A DNA stretch of 63,333 bases, counting the filler, from Reticulomyxa filosa (Eukaryota; Protista; Foraminifera): NCBI GenBank assembly GCA_000512085.1. It is 18 parts of 18 records of this genome, joined end to end, with 100 filler letters (N's around TTAATTAATTAA, not from the genome) between each part and the next. Parts side by side here need not be neighbours in the genome. Positions count along the whole stretch, not along the records: positions 24,454 to 26,390 come from ASPP01007789.1; positions 26,491 to 28,871 come from ASPP01024444.1; positions 28,972 to 34,012 come from ASPP01029448.1; positions 34,113 to 41,251 come from ASPP01045239.1; 14 more parts are not named here. One strand, given 5' to 3'. Shown here in pieces: positions 24,611 through 39,000 of the stretch (the first letter of the stretch is position 1; every line of letters starts with the position of its first letter). The translations under genes were made by a program, and so were the position numbers. Under the pieces are notes generated by a model. The model had not been told where the DNA came from, made no database searches, and worked only from the letters and a program-made list of their open reading frames with translations.

Positions 24611-26266
24611 TTATTTTATCTCCTTTTCTTTTTCTTTTTCTTTTTCTTTTTCTTCTTGTTCGTCTTGTTCTTGTTTGGACTCACTATTTTCTTCGAGAGA
24701 TTTGATTTCGTGCAGCTTTTTCAGAGCGATTGCTTTTTGATGCTCTTTCAGCACGTAGAAACACAGACTGTCCAATTGCAAAAACTGTTCCAACGCGCTG
24801 TGTAGCGCACGCCCAAAGCTTTTAAACGTGGGCAGCTGCGACACCGTTACCAGCACGTCAAAGTTGATATAGCCGTTTTGATTCGCGTGCAAAAACACCG
24901 TGCGAACGCTCTCATTCGAGTACTGGTTCGGTGGCACCGGGGCTGGTCCACTGTTCTCGTAATCATTGTCCGCACGTTTCTCATCTGATTCTTTTGGTTT
25001 CGATCGAGACCGAGTTAAAGACAGTGACCTATTTGCATTTTATTATTATTATTATTTTTTTTTTTTTTTTGCACAAATGATTTTAAAAAAAAAAAACACA
25101 CCTTTTCAAACGCTGAATCGCAGATTGCTCTTTGTCATCATCAGCAAAGTCGTCGATGGCAGCAACGTCGGAAGTGTCGGGGTCAACATCATTGGAGATG
25201 CTGTTAAGGTTGAAGTTGAAGGGGCCCAAAGAGGGCGAGTTGTTGCAAGCGGCGTGACTGAGCTTGTGTTTGGGAGCGCCGACGTCGCAGTAGACGATGG
25301 GTATGTCATTGAGGAATTTGGTGGACGCCATGTGACTCATGGCGAGCAAGGACAGCTGGTCGTATCCGATCAAAGACGTGGCCCGAGGGAGGTCGCCATG
25401 CGTGCGAGAGTTCAGTTCGATCAAGCAAGTGGCATCTTCGATCGGTAGATACATCACTTCCATGTGCGCACATCCATTGGATACTCCAAGCAACGTCATC
25501 ACCTCAAACACATACTCGATCACACGTCGACATTGGTAATTGTTCCAAGACGAGTTGGGTGCCGTCACGAGTTCTTGGTAGTCATATCGAAAGCTGTAAG
25601 GTAAGTCTTGTTGTGTCGATAATAGATTTACAGTTTCGTTTGTATTTGTATTTGTATTTGTATTTGTATTTGTATTTGTATTTGCATTTACATTTACATT
25701 TACATTTACATTTACATTTACATTTGTATTCGTATTCATATTCGTATTTGTAATGCTCGCAGATAAGGCTCGATCTGCGTACATAGTTTTGTTGGCATAC
25801 CACATGTCGGTACATTTGTGAACACCCTGAACGGACACACAATTAACAACGTATTCGAACCCATGCAGATATTCCATGATTAGCAATGCCTCGTTCACGT
25901 CGCATTCCAAGTTGGTGGCGTGCAAGTACTTGTCAACGACAGTGCACAGGCCCTTGAACGTGTACACCAGGCGCACTCCTTCCGTGCCCGCACTCGTCAG
26001 CGGCTTCACCACCACCGGGAACGACAGTCCGTGCTTCCCGAGCGTATGCGCGCACTCGGACTCGTCCGCAAACACCCGGCTCAGTTCAAAGTGCTTCGCA
26101 AATCGCACATTTTTTTTGCCCATTGTTGCACGTCGCTCTTCTCATTATCGCCATTGGTTTGAGTTTGAGATTGAGATTGAGATTGAGATTGAGTTTGAGA
26201 TGATGATAGTGATTGAGACTGTGATTGTAGTTGCGACTTTTGATACTGAGGATTTGTTTTATCCCT
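24611..26266 (-). CDS. ATP-grasp ligase (L-amino-acid ligase/carnosine-synthase-like) with low-complexity inserts; partial
   Basis: FPVVVKPLTSAGTEGV, IMEYLHGFEYVVN and GCAHMEVM...CLIELNSRTHG. Downstream exon contains VRTVFL. One -1 break at the A8 run near 26110-26117. Confidence 0.85.
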
Positions 26267-26346
26267 ATTTACATATATATATATATATATATATATGTGA
26301 TACATTGATAAATTTTTTTTTTTTTTCATCAAATGCATTAAGATAA

Positions 26347-26390
26347 CCATTACTCATATAATATATATATATATATTATATGAGTAATGG
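26347..26390. repeat. Perfect 44-bp palindrome centred on (AT)n at the contig end
   Basis: CCATTACTCATATA-(AT)8-TATATGAGTAATGG. Confidence 0.9.
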
Positions 26391-28971
26391 NNNNNNNNNN
26401 NNNNNNNNNNNNNNNNNNNNNNNNNNNNNNNNNNTTAATTAATTAANNNNNNNNNNNNNNNNNNNNNNNNNNNNNNNNNNNNNNNNNNNNACCACGAGAC
26501 GTTTTACATATGCAACATGACGGACAATTTCCAGTATTGGATAGTTCTTGTTGAAAAGGAGTTATTTGTTGTACGTTGCAAAAATGGTAGATTGCTGTCA
26601 CCTAACACTTTATTGTCGCTTCAGTTTTCCAAAATTACACATCACAACATTGTTTCAATTTGTTTGGACACTGCCAAATCGTTGATGATTCATATAACGG
26701 ATGTCAATATCGTGAGTTCTGATGGGTCGTCGAACAAGGGTTCCCACCACAAGGTTTTTTGAAAAAATACAATGCAACAACATTGGAAGGAGTCCCTTCA
26801 TGGACGTGATTTTTTAATCAAAGGTGTATTTATATACCGTGGCGAGTTGTTGATGAACGAAACGCTGTCCCCGACAGTAAATTGTGAAGATATTCAGGGG
26901 ATTGAAAATGCAATCACTGGCAAATTTGCATTTGTTTTCGAGGAAAGCATTATAGTAAAAACGGATGAAAGGGAGAACAGATATTTAGAAAATTTCGAAA
27001 TGGTCTCGTTTTTTCAAAGTATTGTTTTATAGAGACGGTTCGACTGTCACTTTTTTTTAAAAAAAAAAGGCAAAAATAATGGACACTGGTGTCCTTTTTC
27101 GTGCAAGTGAAGATCCCAGTGCATTTGAATTACACACAATCGACTTCGGCACTGTGCTTGTATTGCTGATTGGATGAATATCTCTGTCTTACGCTGGAGT
27201 CACGGAAAAATAACAACAATGTCATTCATCACGATGTGTACGATGCGGAATAGTAGAACAAGCCACTTTCTTGATAGAACGCTATGCACAGCAAGGTAAA
27301 TCTTTTCAGGATTGGAGCGATGCTAGAAAATTGAAACTAATGTGTACGTATTGGTGAAAGTGAACTGAACTTTGCATTTAGAGATCCCAAATTTCATCAA
27401 TATTTAAAAAAAAATGTACAACCCATGCCATCACAAACACCTGGACCACAACATATAAAAATAATGTCAATAATTTTAAATCTTTTAATGTTTTTCCTTC
27501 ATTGCTTTATTAACCTTTTCAATTATCATTGCTGCAATGTAAGCTCTTTTCTTTTTCTTTCTCGTAATTATCTTTATCATCTTTATGTTATACGTATTTT
27601 TCTTGTTATTTAATCCTACGTGACGGCAAAGAAGATAACACTCGAAATTTTTTTTGCCAACAGCGATAAGAATCAATTCCTATTTCGCACAGTCCAACGC
27701 GCTTTCTTTTAGATTTAAAGTATTAAAGTTCAGAAAATTTTTTATGATGAGTATGATTTGATTTTAAAGAAGTCAAGTGAGTGGAGGTGGGACATTACGA
27801 TAATCATTAAAAGAAAATAAAAAAGCACAAAAAGATACATTTTTCAACCAAAAAATGTGAAGCAAGCGTTAAATACTTGCAATCAAATATGCCATAAATT
27901 TGGCATTTTTGTACTTTTCTTCACCCTTGCTTGACACGCAACCACAACAACTACTTTCCAATTTCTTGATAGACAAGTATTATATTCTTTGCAGACCTAT
28001 GTTATATACGTGTGTATTGTCATACATATTTCAATCACATTACAAAAAGATATTATAACTTGGAATACAGGTTGCACTATAACAAGCTCACCATTTTCAA
28101 TTCATCATGAACCGCAGTACACGGTATGGACCTCCTATTTTATTTTCCAAACTATACGTCATTTAAAACGAAATAACATGATCCATATTTAATGCACTCC
28201 ATCATTAATAGATTTGTTCAATGATGAACAAATAAATTTATTGGAAAAATGATAGATACGTGCGTTGTAGTGTGGTTTCCATGATTTGACATATTGTGTG
28301 TTCCATAGCAACAATTCGACCATAATGCTGCCACTTTTGCTTTCATTTTCTGCGGCCATCGATATTGCTGTGGATACTGTTACAATTATCATTATCGCTG
28401 GGAACTCGCTGCAGCACTAATAACAATATAAACAGCAAAAATGTGTCCATCTTCATTCCAAAACTTCGTTGATACACATTGGAATATCTGTTAAATATTT
28501 CAAGCAACACATATCACATATATAAAAATAAATAACCAATATACGTATAAAGATGTTGTTTTGCTTTAGTTATTGAATATGTAAATATATTTTTAAAAAA
28601 AAATGTACATATAAAAAACTTTTTTAAGTAATGGACCCAAACATAATTACAACGACAGGTAACAAAAACTTGGAACAGGTACATAACCAAATACTGTGCG
28701 AAAAAGGAGATAGGAGGGGTCTAGACTGCTGACATAAAATGTTGTTCATCAGGATCCAGCGCCACAATTTTTCTTGATTCGCTAAATAATGGAACGATTT
28801 TTGATGATCGATCCAATTATCTACTGACACGATCGATGTTGTTACTTTTTGTAACAAATGTGCAATAGCATNNNNNNNNNNNNNNNNNNNNNNNNNNNNN
28901 NNNNNNNNNNNNNNNTTAATTAATTAANNNNNNNNNNNNNNNNNNNNNNNNNNNNNNNNNNNNNNNNNNNN

Positions 28972-29312
28972 ATGAAAAATCATTGAAAATGAACTTGGAT
29001 AAATTGGGACCTGATCACATTGATGTTGCTAATTCATACAACAATTTAGCATCAGTTTATTGTTGCAAAAAAGAATATGACAAAGCGATGGAATTTGGAA
29101 AGAAAGCATTGGATTTGAGATTGAAGAAATTGGATTCTAATCATCCACATGTTGGCGATACATATGGTATTTTAGGATATATCAATTATAAAAAAGGTAA
29201 CAAAATGGAGGCAAAGAAGTTTTATGAAAATGCATTGTCGATTTATACTCAAAAATTGGGTAAAAATAACCAAAGGACACAAAATGTGATACTTGCATTG
29301 AAGAAATTGTAA
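28972..29312 (+). CDS. TPR (kinesin-light-chain-type) repeat protein, 3' end
   Basis: LGPDHIDVANSYNNLASVY...YDKAMEFGKKALDLR...HPHVGDTYGILG...AKKFYENALSIY. Confidence 0.9.
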
Positions 29313-31279
29313 ATGTGTGTTGAAATAAAGATTATTTTGGAAGCAAAAAACAAAATTTTATTTTGAATTGTACAGTTTTGTTTTGTTTTGTTTATTTTGT
29401 TGTTGGATGATTAAGTGTGACATTTCAAAAGTTGTTCGTTTATCCTTTTTTTCCTTTTTCAATCCAAGCCTAGTTTTTATTATATTTAGGCTTTTGTTGT
29501 CTTAATCCAACTTCAAGTTTATAAGTATTGTCAATGACAAATATATAAATGCAATACAATCCATATTGACTGTATGTTAAATATTTATGTTCAATGTATT
29601 TATCCTTCAAAAATCAACAAATTAAATGAGGAAAAATTTATTTTCTAAAGCCATTACATCAAATATATTTTTATTTCACTTATCAAACAATCTTACACTG
29701 CGGGTTTTCTTTGTCTCGCTCAATCCTATTTCTTTAATTCAGCTTAATACTTTCTTTTTTGGATATGGTAATCCACTTAGCCTTTTTTTTCTTGAAAATT
29801 GAGATTCCTATACAATATTTTTTTTGGCTTGTACGATTTTTGAACTTTGTTTTCAATTCTTCTTTTGAAAATAGGTTAAAGTCTAGCAACGTTTGTCTTT
29901 ATTAAAAAGTAATTTTAAAATGAATTGAAAAAAATCATAACATGTGTTTACAATTTCTTTTCAAACTCAATAATGTTCTGAATATGCCACATACATTACA
30001 AGTTAGTTGGACTTATTTAAACATATGAAATCTGTGTACATTAAATGTAAATATAAATTCATTTTCTTTTTTGTGAATATGAGATATGGAATTTGTATTG
30101 GATAGTATTTGAATTAAGAATTTAGTAACAGAACGTCAAATTGTTGCAAACTGACACATTTAAATAACTTTTAAGCAATTAAATTAAATATTCTTCATTA
30201 GCAACGCACAATGCAAATTTTTATATTAATTTGTGTAATTATTTGGAAAAATTAAACTTATTAATCAAGATCCATTTTAGTAAAATGTTGGACAAAAATC
30301 AGTGCAAATAAAGTAGTGAATGATACTGTCAACTATGAAATCATATTGTGATAAATTTATCTTACACAATTTCAAATAAATTATGTTATTCTGAAAAGAA
30401 ATAGTAAACATTGTTGAGTTCAATTTTTTCTTTTGTTAGCTGCCTGTATAAATTGTGCATATCACAAGAGATTATTGTATTTTAATACAAATTGCATCTT
30501 TGCAGGATCATTTGAGTAATTATTTCAAAAGCAAGCTAATGTCAATACAATGACAATGTTTTACAATTCTTTCAGTTAGAACAAAACAACAATTCGTTCT
30601 TAATACTGCAAATAGAGCACCGATTGAAAATAAATACGATGATTACGCCAATAATAGTATGTTCACAATTTTTTTTTACAAAATGCATCAAATTTCAATT
30701 TGATTAACATAATGAAATGTGATGCTTATTAGAAAAGAAATATATTATGTCGAAGAAATGTACTTTATTTAATTATGTAAAAGAAATTTTATTTTTCTCA
30801 AATACGAATATAACTATTATAAAAATTAATATCACAGTTATGATCATCATGTCATTTCAAAACAGTCTCAGAATTTCAAATGCGCACAGTGGTGTTTATG
30901 GTATTGCATTTTCACCATCTAATAATGTTCTGTTCATTTGCGAGATAAAAATACTGATGATTTTGTAAATTATGTTACGACTTAAACAAAGATCCCGTTT
31001 TTTTAAAAAAAGTTCTATTATTAAAAGCTCAATAAAGCGTTGTGAATATAGATATAAAACAGATTATTTACTCTATCACGGAAATGAATACTGCAGCATC
31101 ACAGTTGGTAGGTTTTCATCTGTTGTGGACATGTTGCCATTAAACACAAATATACATTAAAAAACAGTCACAAAAACAAGTGACATTGATCGTTCAAAAT
31201 TGTCTTCGAATTTTGGAAGTTGATGTTATGCTTTTTTTAAATAGTATTTTAAATGTAAGTTAAAGAAATATGTTTATAA

Positions 31280-31890
31280 AATCAGCATTATGGATTCAAA
31301 AAAGGATATGACGATAATTGGTATTATCAATATGATCATATTCAATTATTATATCTGTGGAAGTGTTAAAAGGGATGCAACATGTAGAACATCAATTACA
31401 AATGATGTATCGTTTTGCAGATGGAAGAAACGAATTAATATTACTTAGATGTAAACTTAACAAATGTAAACCAGAAATATCAAATATCAAAAATGAATGA
31501 CATGATATTTACAAACATCTTCCTCATTATCCAATTATTCAAGTACATTGGGAAATAGATTATTGTTTCATGGTACCCTACAAACGCGCAATTAGTATTG
31601 AAAGAAATGATTTACCAAAAAGTAATGACTTAGATATTGAGTTTATTCCATCAAATCAAAAAACTAAATTCAATTCATTGTTGTATGAATGTGATTTGCA
31701 CAAACTTAAAATGATTGGAAATACAATGTATGTAAAAGTAACAAGAAACAATGAATTGCAGAAACTATTGCACGAAGTGATAAAGAATGACCATTTGCAT
31801 GATTTAGTCACACTTCAGTGCACAAACAAAAAAGAGAAACACAAACTCGATGAAAATATCAATAATAAAAAAAGCATTTATTTTAAATAA
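31280..31890 (+). pseudogene. Degenerate member of an expanded lineage-specific family
   Basis: Broken coding-like frame (YQYDHIQLLYLWKC; YKHLPHYPIIQVHWEIDYCFMVPYKRAISIE) with upstream disruptions. Confidence 0.45.
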
Positions 31891-33379
31891 TAACACTATT
31901 CACATCACTGTTAAGTCACTAATTTGTCTTTGTGCGACATTACTTCTTGAATATTGACAACTATCATGTGATTGAATTGAACAAGAGTTATTTGTGGTTT
32001 TCAAGAAATAATTTCTAAAAAAAAGTCTACAAATACTTAATATGAAATAAAATTACTATTTTTGGAAAAATCTATGTTTTTGATAAATGAATAATTAAAT
32101 GAAGAATGTAATTCCCTTTTTTTTTTTATGCAAAGCAGAAGAACTTCCTATTTGAAGATTTTCCTGTTCAAAAATAAACCCAAACTTACAAAAGTCAATC
32201 ATCATTGCTGTTTGTTCTTTTTTTTTAACCTGTTTTCATATTTGCAAGGGAGAATTAGAAAATTCTCACACTGAACTATTTCTGAACATAAAATTTCTTT
32301 CCCTTCTAAGAAAAGAGTCAACGTGAATAAATTAAATGATATTTTCCTTTTTCCTTTTTTATTTAGATCAATTGATAGTCATTGAACACTCTTTTATTTT
32401 ACTTTGTTGTTTACAAAAATTGAAAAAGCTGCATTCAATATTTTTTAAAGAATTGAAAAGCATAATTTATGAAAACTGTATCCAAATATCACAATAAATT
32501 GCAAGATATTTCAAGTGTTGTGTTTTTTTGTACAATCGAGCACGGCTGTTTTTGTAGTAATTCATGCTAGAATTCTTTTTTGTTTCGAAGAACACTGAAC
32601 ATTATATGAAAACTTGAAATATTGTTGCTACCACTGAATCTTTTTGAAGATAGATATAAAAAAACGGCAAGCCAATAGTGAATCATTTTAGATTGTGCAT
32701 CAATCAAAACATAATAAGAAAAGAGAATATGATCATGGATCAACTGTGGCTATCAAGAAAAGCATTATATATGTATATGGACTATTATGAAAATAATCAC
32801 AAATTAGACAAATACGAAATAGAAATGTTTGTCTGCATCAAGTGTATTGGAAAACACCATGATGACAAAACAAAGCTTTTTTTATTTATTCTACAATCAT
32901 AAAATAAGCAAAGTATGAATTGCGCAAAACATTAAGTTAACTCTCAAAAATCTTGTGTACTTTGTCTATCGAGTGTAATTTTAATCAATGTTTGTATTAT
33001 GTTTTTGTGCAAAGACATTGACTGTTTAGAATAATTCCAGTTTCTTGACTATTACAACTGGTTTTAGATAGAAAGTATTGAACAAGAAACCAATTTGGAC
33101 TCTCATTTCTTATGTTCTCATTAGACAATTTTGTCAACATAAGACATATCAAACCGTATTGCATGAACAGCATCAAAATACTCAAAACAGGAAAATGTTA
33201 AAGTGATACATAGTTGTCAGGACACACGGAGGGGCAATACTGTCAGTGGAGGTGCACAATGACAGTAAACAGGTGGCCACGGGTATTTGCTTGTGGGATA
33301 CGGAGTCGCAAAGTCCAGAAAAAGTGTTAGAAAAGCACAAGCATTGGGTACGTGCAAAGGGACGACGTATGAAGTGATG

Positions 33380-33580
33380 AATAAAGGTTTGATTGCACAT
33401 AAGAAGTGAATCACGAGCATTGCTTGGAAGCCGTTTCACTTGCGCAAGTTGAAGCAAGATTTATGCTTTGCGAGTACGGGGAAAGACACGACAATTAAAA
33501 TTTGGAACTTGCGCACCAAATATGTGCAATTTCACTTGAATGGACTCGATCACAGAGTATTAGCATTAGCAATTCTAAAT
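33380..33580 (+). pseudogene. WD40 repeat remnant
   Basis: FASTGKDTTIKIWNL...LNGLDHRVLALA. The flanking frames are disrupted. Confidence 0.55.
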
Positions 33581-35921
33581 TACAAGTGGCTTCACATAAT
33601 AGTACTTAATATCCTTTTTTTTGTTTGTTTTAAATATCGTTTGCATATTTGAGAAAGTACGGTTTAAAAAAAGTTACTGAAGAAATTTGGTTGCATTATT
33701 GTTTTTTTGTGGAAACAAAGGAGTTAAAAAATCTGCAATATTCAAAGCTTGTCCACCAAAAATTAAATAGACTTTGGAGACATTACAAGAGAGGACTTGC
33801 TTCAAAACCTATGAGCTATTTTTCACAGTGTGTTGGAATTGTAATTATCCAATTATTCAGTATTATTGGAATTATTTAGTATTATTGCGTGTTTTTTTGT
33901 AATTTTTTAAAAAATCTGCTAAGAAATACAATAATGATAAAAAATGTATCAAACAGCAAATAATCAAATTCACTTTAAATTCGCGTGTTTGCCCTTTGAA
34001 GTAATACTAAGTNNNNNNNNNNNNNNNNNNNNNNNNNNNNNNNNNNNNNNNNNNNNTTAATTAATTAANNNNNNNNNNNNNNNNNNNNNNNNNNNNNNNN
34101 NNNNNNNNNNNNAAATGACAGTAAAAATCAGTTATTAAGGTTCTTGAAATGATTTATACTTGTATAGCTTTAAATTATATTCACATTTAGTTTTTGTCGG
34201 TACAAAATCCTTGTGTTAAGGCTTGCAAACAAGTTCTTTTTTAGTGAGATTAAAAAAAACAGGATTGTATGACATCTTAAACAAATTCCATCTTTTTCAC
34301 TTTTTTGCATCGTGCAATGATTAGAGTTTTTAATGGTGTAATTTTTTATTTTTGTGTGAATTCATACAACTTGTAATTAAAAACTTTGGAAAAGCATTAT
34401 TATGGCATGCCGCACGTCAATACTTTTTATTGTTATGTTGTAAAATAACAAAATTTGTGAAAAAAAGACATTTTTTAGCAACTAAAGACCATAAGTAAAT
34501 TTATTATTTGTTTCACAAATCATCATACAATAAGCATAATTAATATTACAACAAAAGATATTTATTTCAATCAACAAATAAAACTGATCAATATTGTTAT
34601 TGAATGTGATATTGAGAAAAAGTGTTTAACAATCAATTAAAGTGCAAAATGAATATTATTAAAAAAATAATTGAATTAGATAAAAATGATAAATGAATTA
34701 TTGTATCGATCAATTAGCAAAACCAAATAATCAAAAAACACAACAAGTGAAATTAAAATGTCATATGTCCAACAATAGTGTAAGGAATAAATGTAAGCAG
34801 ATTCTTGGAATAATATTTTTTCAATATCTTTATTTTCAAAACATATCATCATAATCATTGTGCACGTTATTTCATCAATTAGAATAAACTATTACCACAT
34901 TTTACATAGATTTAACATTGATTGAGATTGTATTAACATTTCTCATTTTTGCACATACAAATAATTAAATTTGACTCACCATTGTAAACATCAATAATTA
35001 AATGAAGATAATGTAATATGTCTATCTGAAATATTCTCCTTAATCATTGTATTAAATGTTAATTATATCAAGTGATGTAAAAGCATACTGTAAAATATGA
35101 TATCTGGAAGAATATATTTGCTTTGCATAATTTCGATAATACAATTAATTGAATTTAAGACACTTAATTTTTTTTGTTTTGGTGATATTCATCCAATTTA
35201 ATTTGACAATAAGAACACAATGAACAAGGTTTCAGATTGGCCTCTTATTCAATACTCTCTGTCTAAGATTAAAAAATTGGAATTATTCCAAAAAAAAAAC
35301 GTTATATCCAGTTTTTTGTGTTTTCGAAAAGAAAAATTGATTAAAATTATTCTCAACAAGATGCACATGTAAAATATTTGAAAGTCAATGTAGTGTTGTA
35401 CGCAATTCATAATTTCTTATTATGTCATTGTGGAAACAAAGCAAGTTTGAACACCAATCTTTCTTCATAGCTCGACAGTTTTCAATATATTTTAAAAAAA
35501 AATAATCAAGATAAATGTGAAATTCCAAAGTTCAAAGATTGAAATAAGTGATAGTTATTAACATAATATTGATAAACAATTTGAAGCATGCATTTTCACT
35601 TTTGTTGCATAAGTGGTGAACAGTCAATTTGTACTACTTAGAGTATAACAAAGAACTTGGAAAAAATGGAATCAATACCCAAAGATTGAAAGCGAATTTC
35701 TGGCGTTCATAATTGAGCTGAAATGGAACTGTAATGTTCAAAGAAGTATAATCTAGCTATATAATAGTTGTAATGCAACATTTGCGAAAAGGCAGGATTT
35801 TCTTATAAGCGCATTGAATAAAGAGAAATGCTAATGAAACTTGAAAATAATAAAGCTGTCTTACGACAAGATAGCACAAGGCCAAAACAAAGTCTATTGA
35901 CATATAATACGGTGCTGCATT

Positions 35922-36090
35922 GTATACAGATCCTTGAAAACACTTATTTTGTCGGAAAAAATTCAGGATTTAGATAATATATATGCAAATAGTATTTTCT
36001 TTTAATAATATTTAGAAAAATAGTTATATTTATATTGTATAATATAATGAAATTATTTTTCTATATAATTTGTATGATTATATAAAAGTG
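35922..36090 (+). repeat. Dispersed AT-rich repeat, copy 1 (copy 2 at ~38329-38520)
   Basis: Shared blocks ACAGATCCTT.AAAACA, AAAAAATTCAGGATT.AGATAATATAT, AAAATAGTTATATT and TATGATTATATAAAA. Confidence 0.75.
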
Positions 36091-39000
36091 AAATTAATGT
36101 TCTTAATATCAAGTTAGCAATGCAAAGATTCGCTTATTTACCTAAAGAAAGTGTAAAGTGCATTAATTGTAGAAAATATTTTTTATAATTATAATTAATT
36201 GATATAAAAAAAAAAAATAAAATCAAGCATAATTTATAATAAAATTTTACATATTTGAAATTTTGTATAATACAAAAAAAAATTGAACAAATTTATATTT
36301 CAAAAATTTTACTGAATTCGAAACTAAGTTTTTATATATTAAAAAAATTGTTGGCACTTATTTTTGACTTTTTGTAACAAATTTATATTCAAAAGTTAAC
36401 AAATAGATAATAAAATGTTTTTTTTTTTGAAATTTTGTTGTGTTTTTTTATTGGTGTCAATGAATGAAACACATCATTGCTACAGTTGTTAGCGCGAAAA
36501 CGTCGCCAAGTACTTTATCTACGTAAAGCTTAAATGTTCATCAAATAAAAAAAAAATAATGTCATAACAAATGTTATCTTCACTTTTTACAGAATAATAA
36601 TTGCTATAATTTTACTTAATGATATATTCTCTAATATAATGTAACATATCATTTAATATATGTCCAATCTTGTACTTTCTTTGATAATACTTTCTATTTT
36701 CGACTTCGTGAATTTGACCAAACTGTAAATAATCCAGAATCGTCATAATAATTAAATATGATTTGATCTTTTTCTATATTATTCTCACTTCATCACGTAA
36801 TGATAAAAATTTTAGTAAACTCTTTAAATAAATCAATTTTATTTTGGCAAAATTCTTCTTATTTGGTCAATTAATAAATATTTTCAATCACTTGTAATAA
36901 TATATCTTTACCTTTTATATTTCCACAATAAGTCCATCATATTTATTCTTATTTTATCTAATATTGTGCTTTAAAATAATTATAATAATAAAATCATAAA
37001 TATCATTCTTAATCATTTCTATTCATGAATGAACTACGTTATAATTAAATTCTTTTTCAAATAACTCAATAACAAGAATATAATAAATACACGAAAAACA
37101 CTAGTAATTAGACTAATTTTAAAATTATGATGTTTTCATTTTTGTGTTTGTGAAGATTGTGCTAAAACTTTAAAAAAATAAGTTTATATAGTATGTGTAC
37201 GTTCATTAGAATGACATTTAACACATATGTTATTATCCAATTTACAACTTACAGCATATATTTTTTTTATAAACTAACTAACTAAATAAAACTAACATTT
37301 TTCTACACGTTTTATTTCAATAATGTTTAAGTTTTCATAAGTACCAATATTTAATGAATTGTACGTAATTTTATACTTTCGAGATTGTACTTTAATAAAC
37401 AAATCATATACATGTACTATATATAAAGGGTTTTTATGACTTTGTTTATACTAAATTAGACTGGATTTTCATGTAGCATATCACTATATGCAAATTGCAA
37501 GAAAGACTTATGTATTCACAAATATGAAAATATTTGGATATTACAATGTGGTCATTTCATATTTGCAACATGCACAAGAACTTATTTGATAATAAGTTAT
37601 ATAAACGATACTAATATTGTAAATTTATTACAACTTACATAACGAACTTATTGATAAATGTCTTGTATATTGAGAAATAAAAAGGAAATGTGATAGTCAT
37701 TATTTCAAATGTATGGTTAATAATAACACAGACAATATAGATGACTATAGTTATTGTAGAACATATATCATGTGGACGTGCAATAACATACAGTGTAAAA
37801 AAATTATAAATTTTTAAGTTTAGTCAAAGATTCAACATGTTCTAAATTTCCAAAACATACAATGACATTTAACGAAGAAATGATAATATTTTTCTTGATT
37901 ACATCAAATGTTATTTTGCATGGTCTAATTCTGGTACGAATCTTGAAAGTCTTAGAAATTGTATCATAAATAACTTGAATATTATTGTCAATGAAATATT
38001 TGTTAATGAAAAAATCACATTAAGTGTTAATAATATTAACACAATTATAAAAAAGTATAAACCATTTGCAAAAAGATATTATGTTAGATAAAAATCATTC
38101 AATTATTGATAAAAGTTCATATAATATTGACAATTGAATAAATCATTATGAAACACAATAATCTTTATAAGATGTTATTTTAGGTATCAATTTTCTTTTT
38201 TATATTTATGTATATTTAAACACACATTCATTAATTTTTTCTATATTTTCATTTTCATGACTTTTTTTTAGGCAAAGTATTTGTTTCATAAATAATTTGA
38301 CAATTTTAATATAAATATTATAACAAGTTATACACAGATCCTTAAAAACATTTTTCTGTTAATAAATTTCATTGCCATTAAAAAATTCAGGATTCAGATA
38401 ATATATGTATATATGGATATATTGTTTTTTTTCTTTTAGTAATATTTATAAAAATAGTTATATTAACAATGCATAATTTGTAGACATTTTTCTACATAAT
38501 TTTTATGATTATATAAAAAGCAAAATTAAAAATTAATAAATTTTCATAATAATTCAACAGACATAAATTGAATTGATAACATTTTGTGGATAATTAAAGT
38601 AAAATTATACAAAATCAAAAAAATTAACAATAAACAAGGACTTTGTGAAAAATCTGAAAAATATTTTAAAAAACTGACAATCAACTATGTCAAGCTCTAG
38701 TTGAATAAATGCCAAAAAGAATTTTACAAGTTTAAGCAGAATTTCTTAGAAAAATGATTGAAATGTTCAATATGAGCAATAATGCAAGTAAATGAAATGG
38801 CACACAAAGCAAATCAACAGAAAATATTGATAAAATAATTGAAAAACATAAGCTATAAGTTTTTTAAAAAAATAATTTTAGATTGAATAAATTTTATTTT
38901 AAATTATTTTGTTATTATTATTTTTTTTAAAATAATTTTAATTTTTTAAGTTTTTTTTTTTTAGAAATTTTTTTTTTATAAGTTTTTGTCATTTGATGCA

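Noticed and set aside
26347-26390. Hairpin telomere or functional palindrome
   Set aside because: It sits at a contig end around (AT)n, which is typical of an assembly turn-back.
26491-28871. Short coding-like ORFs on both strands
   Set aside because: Fragmented, with no recognisable domain.
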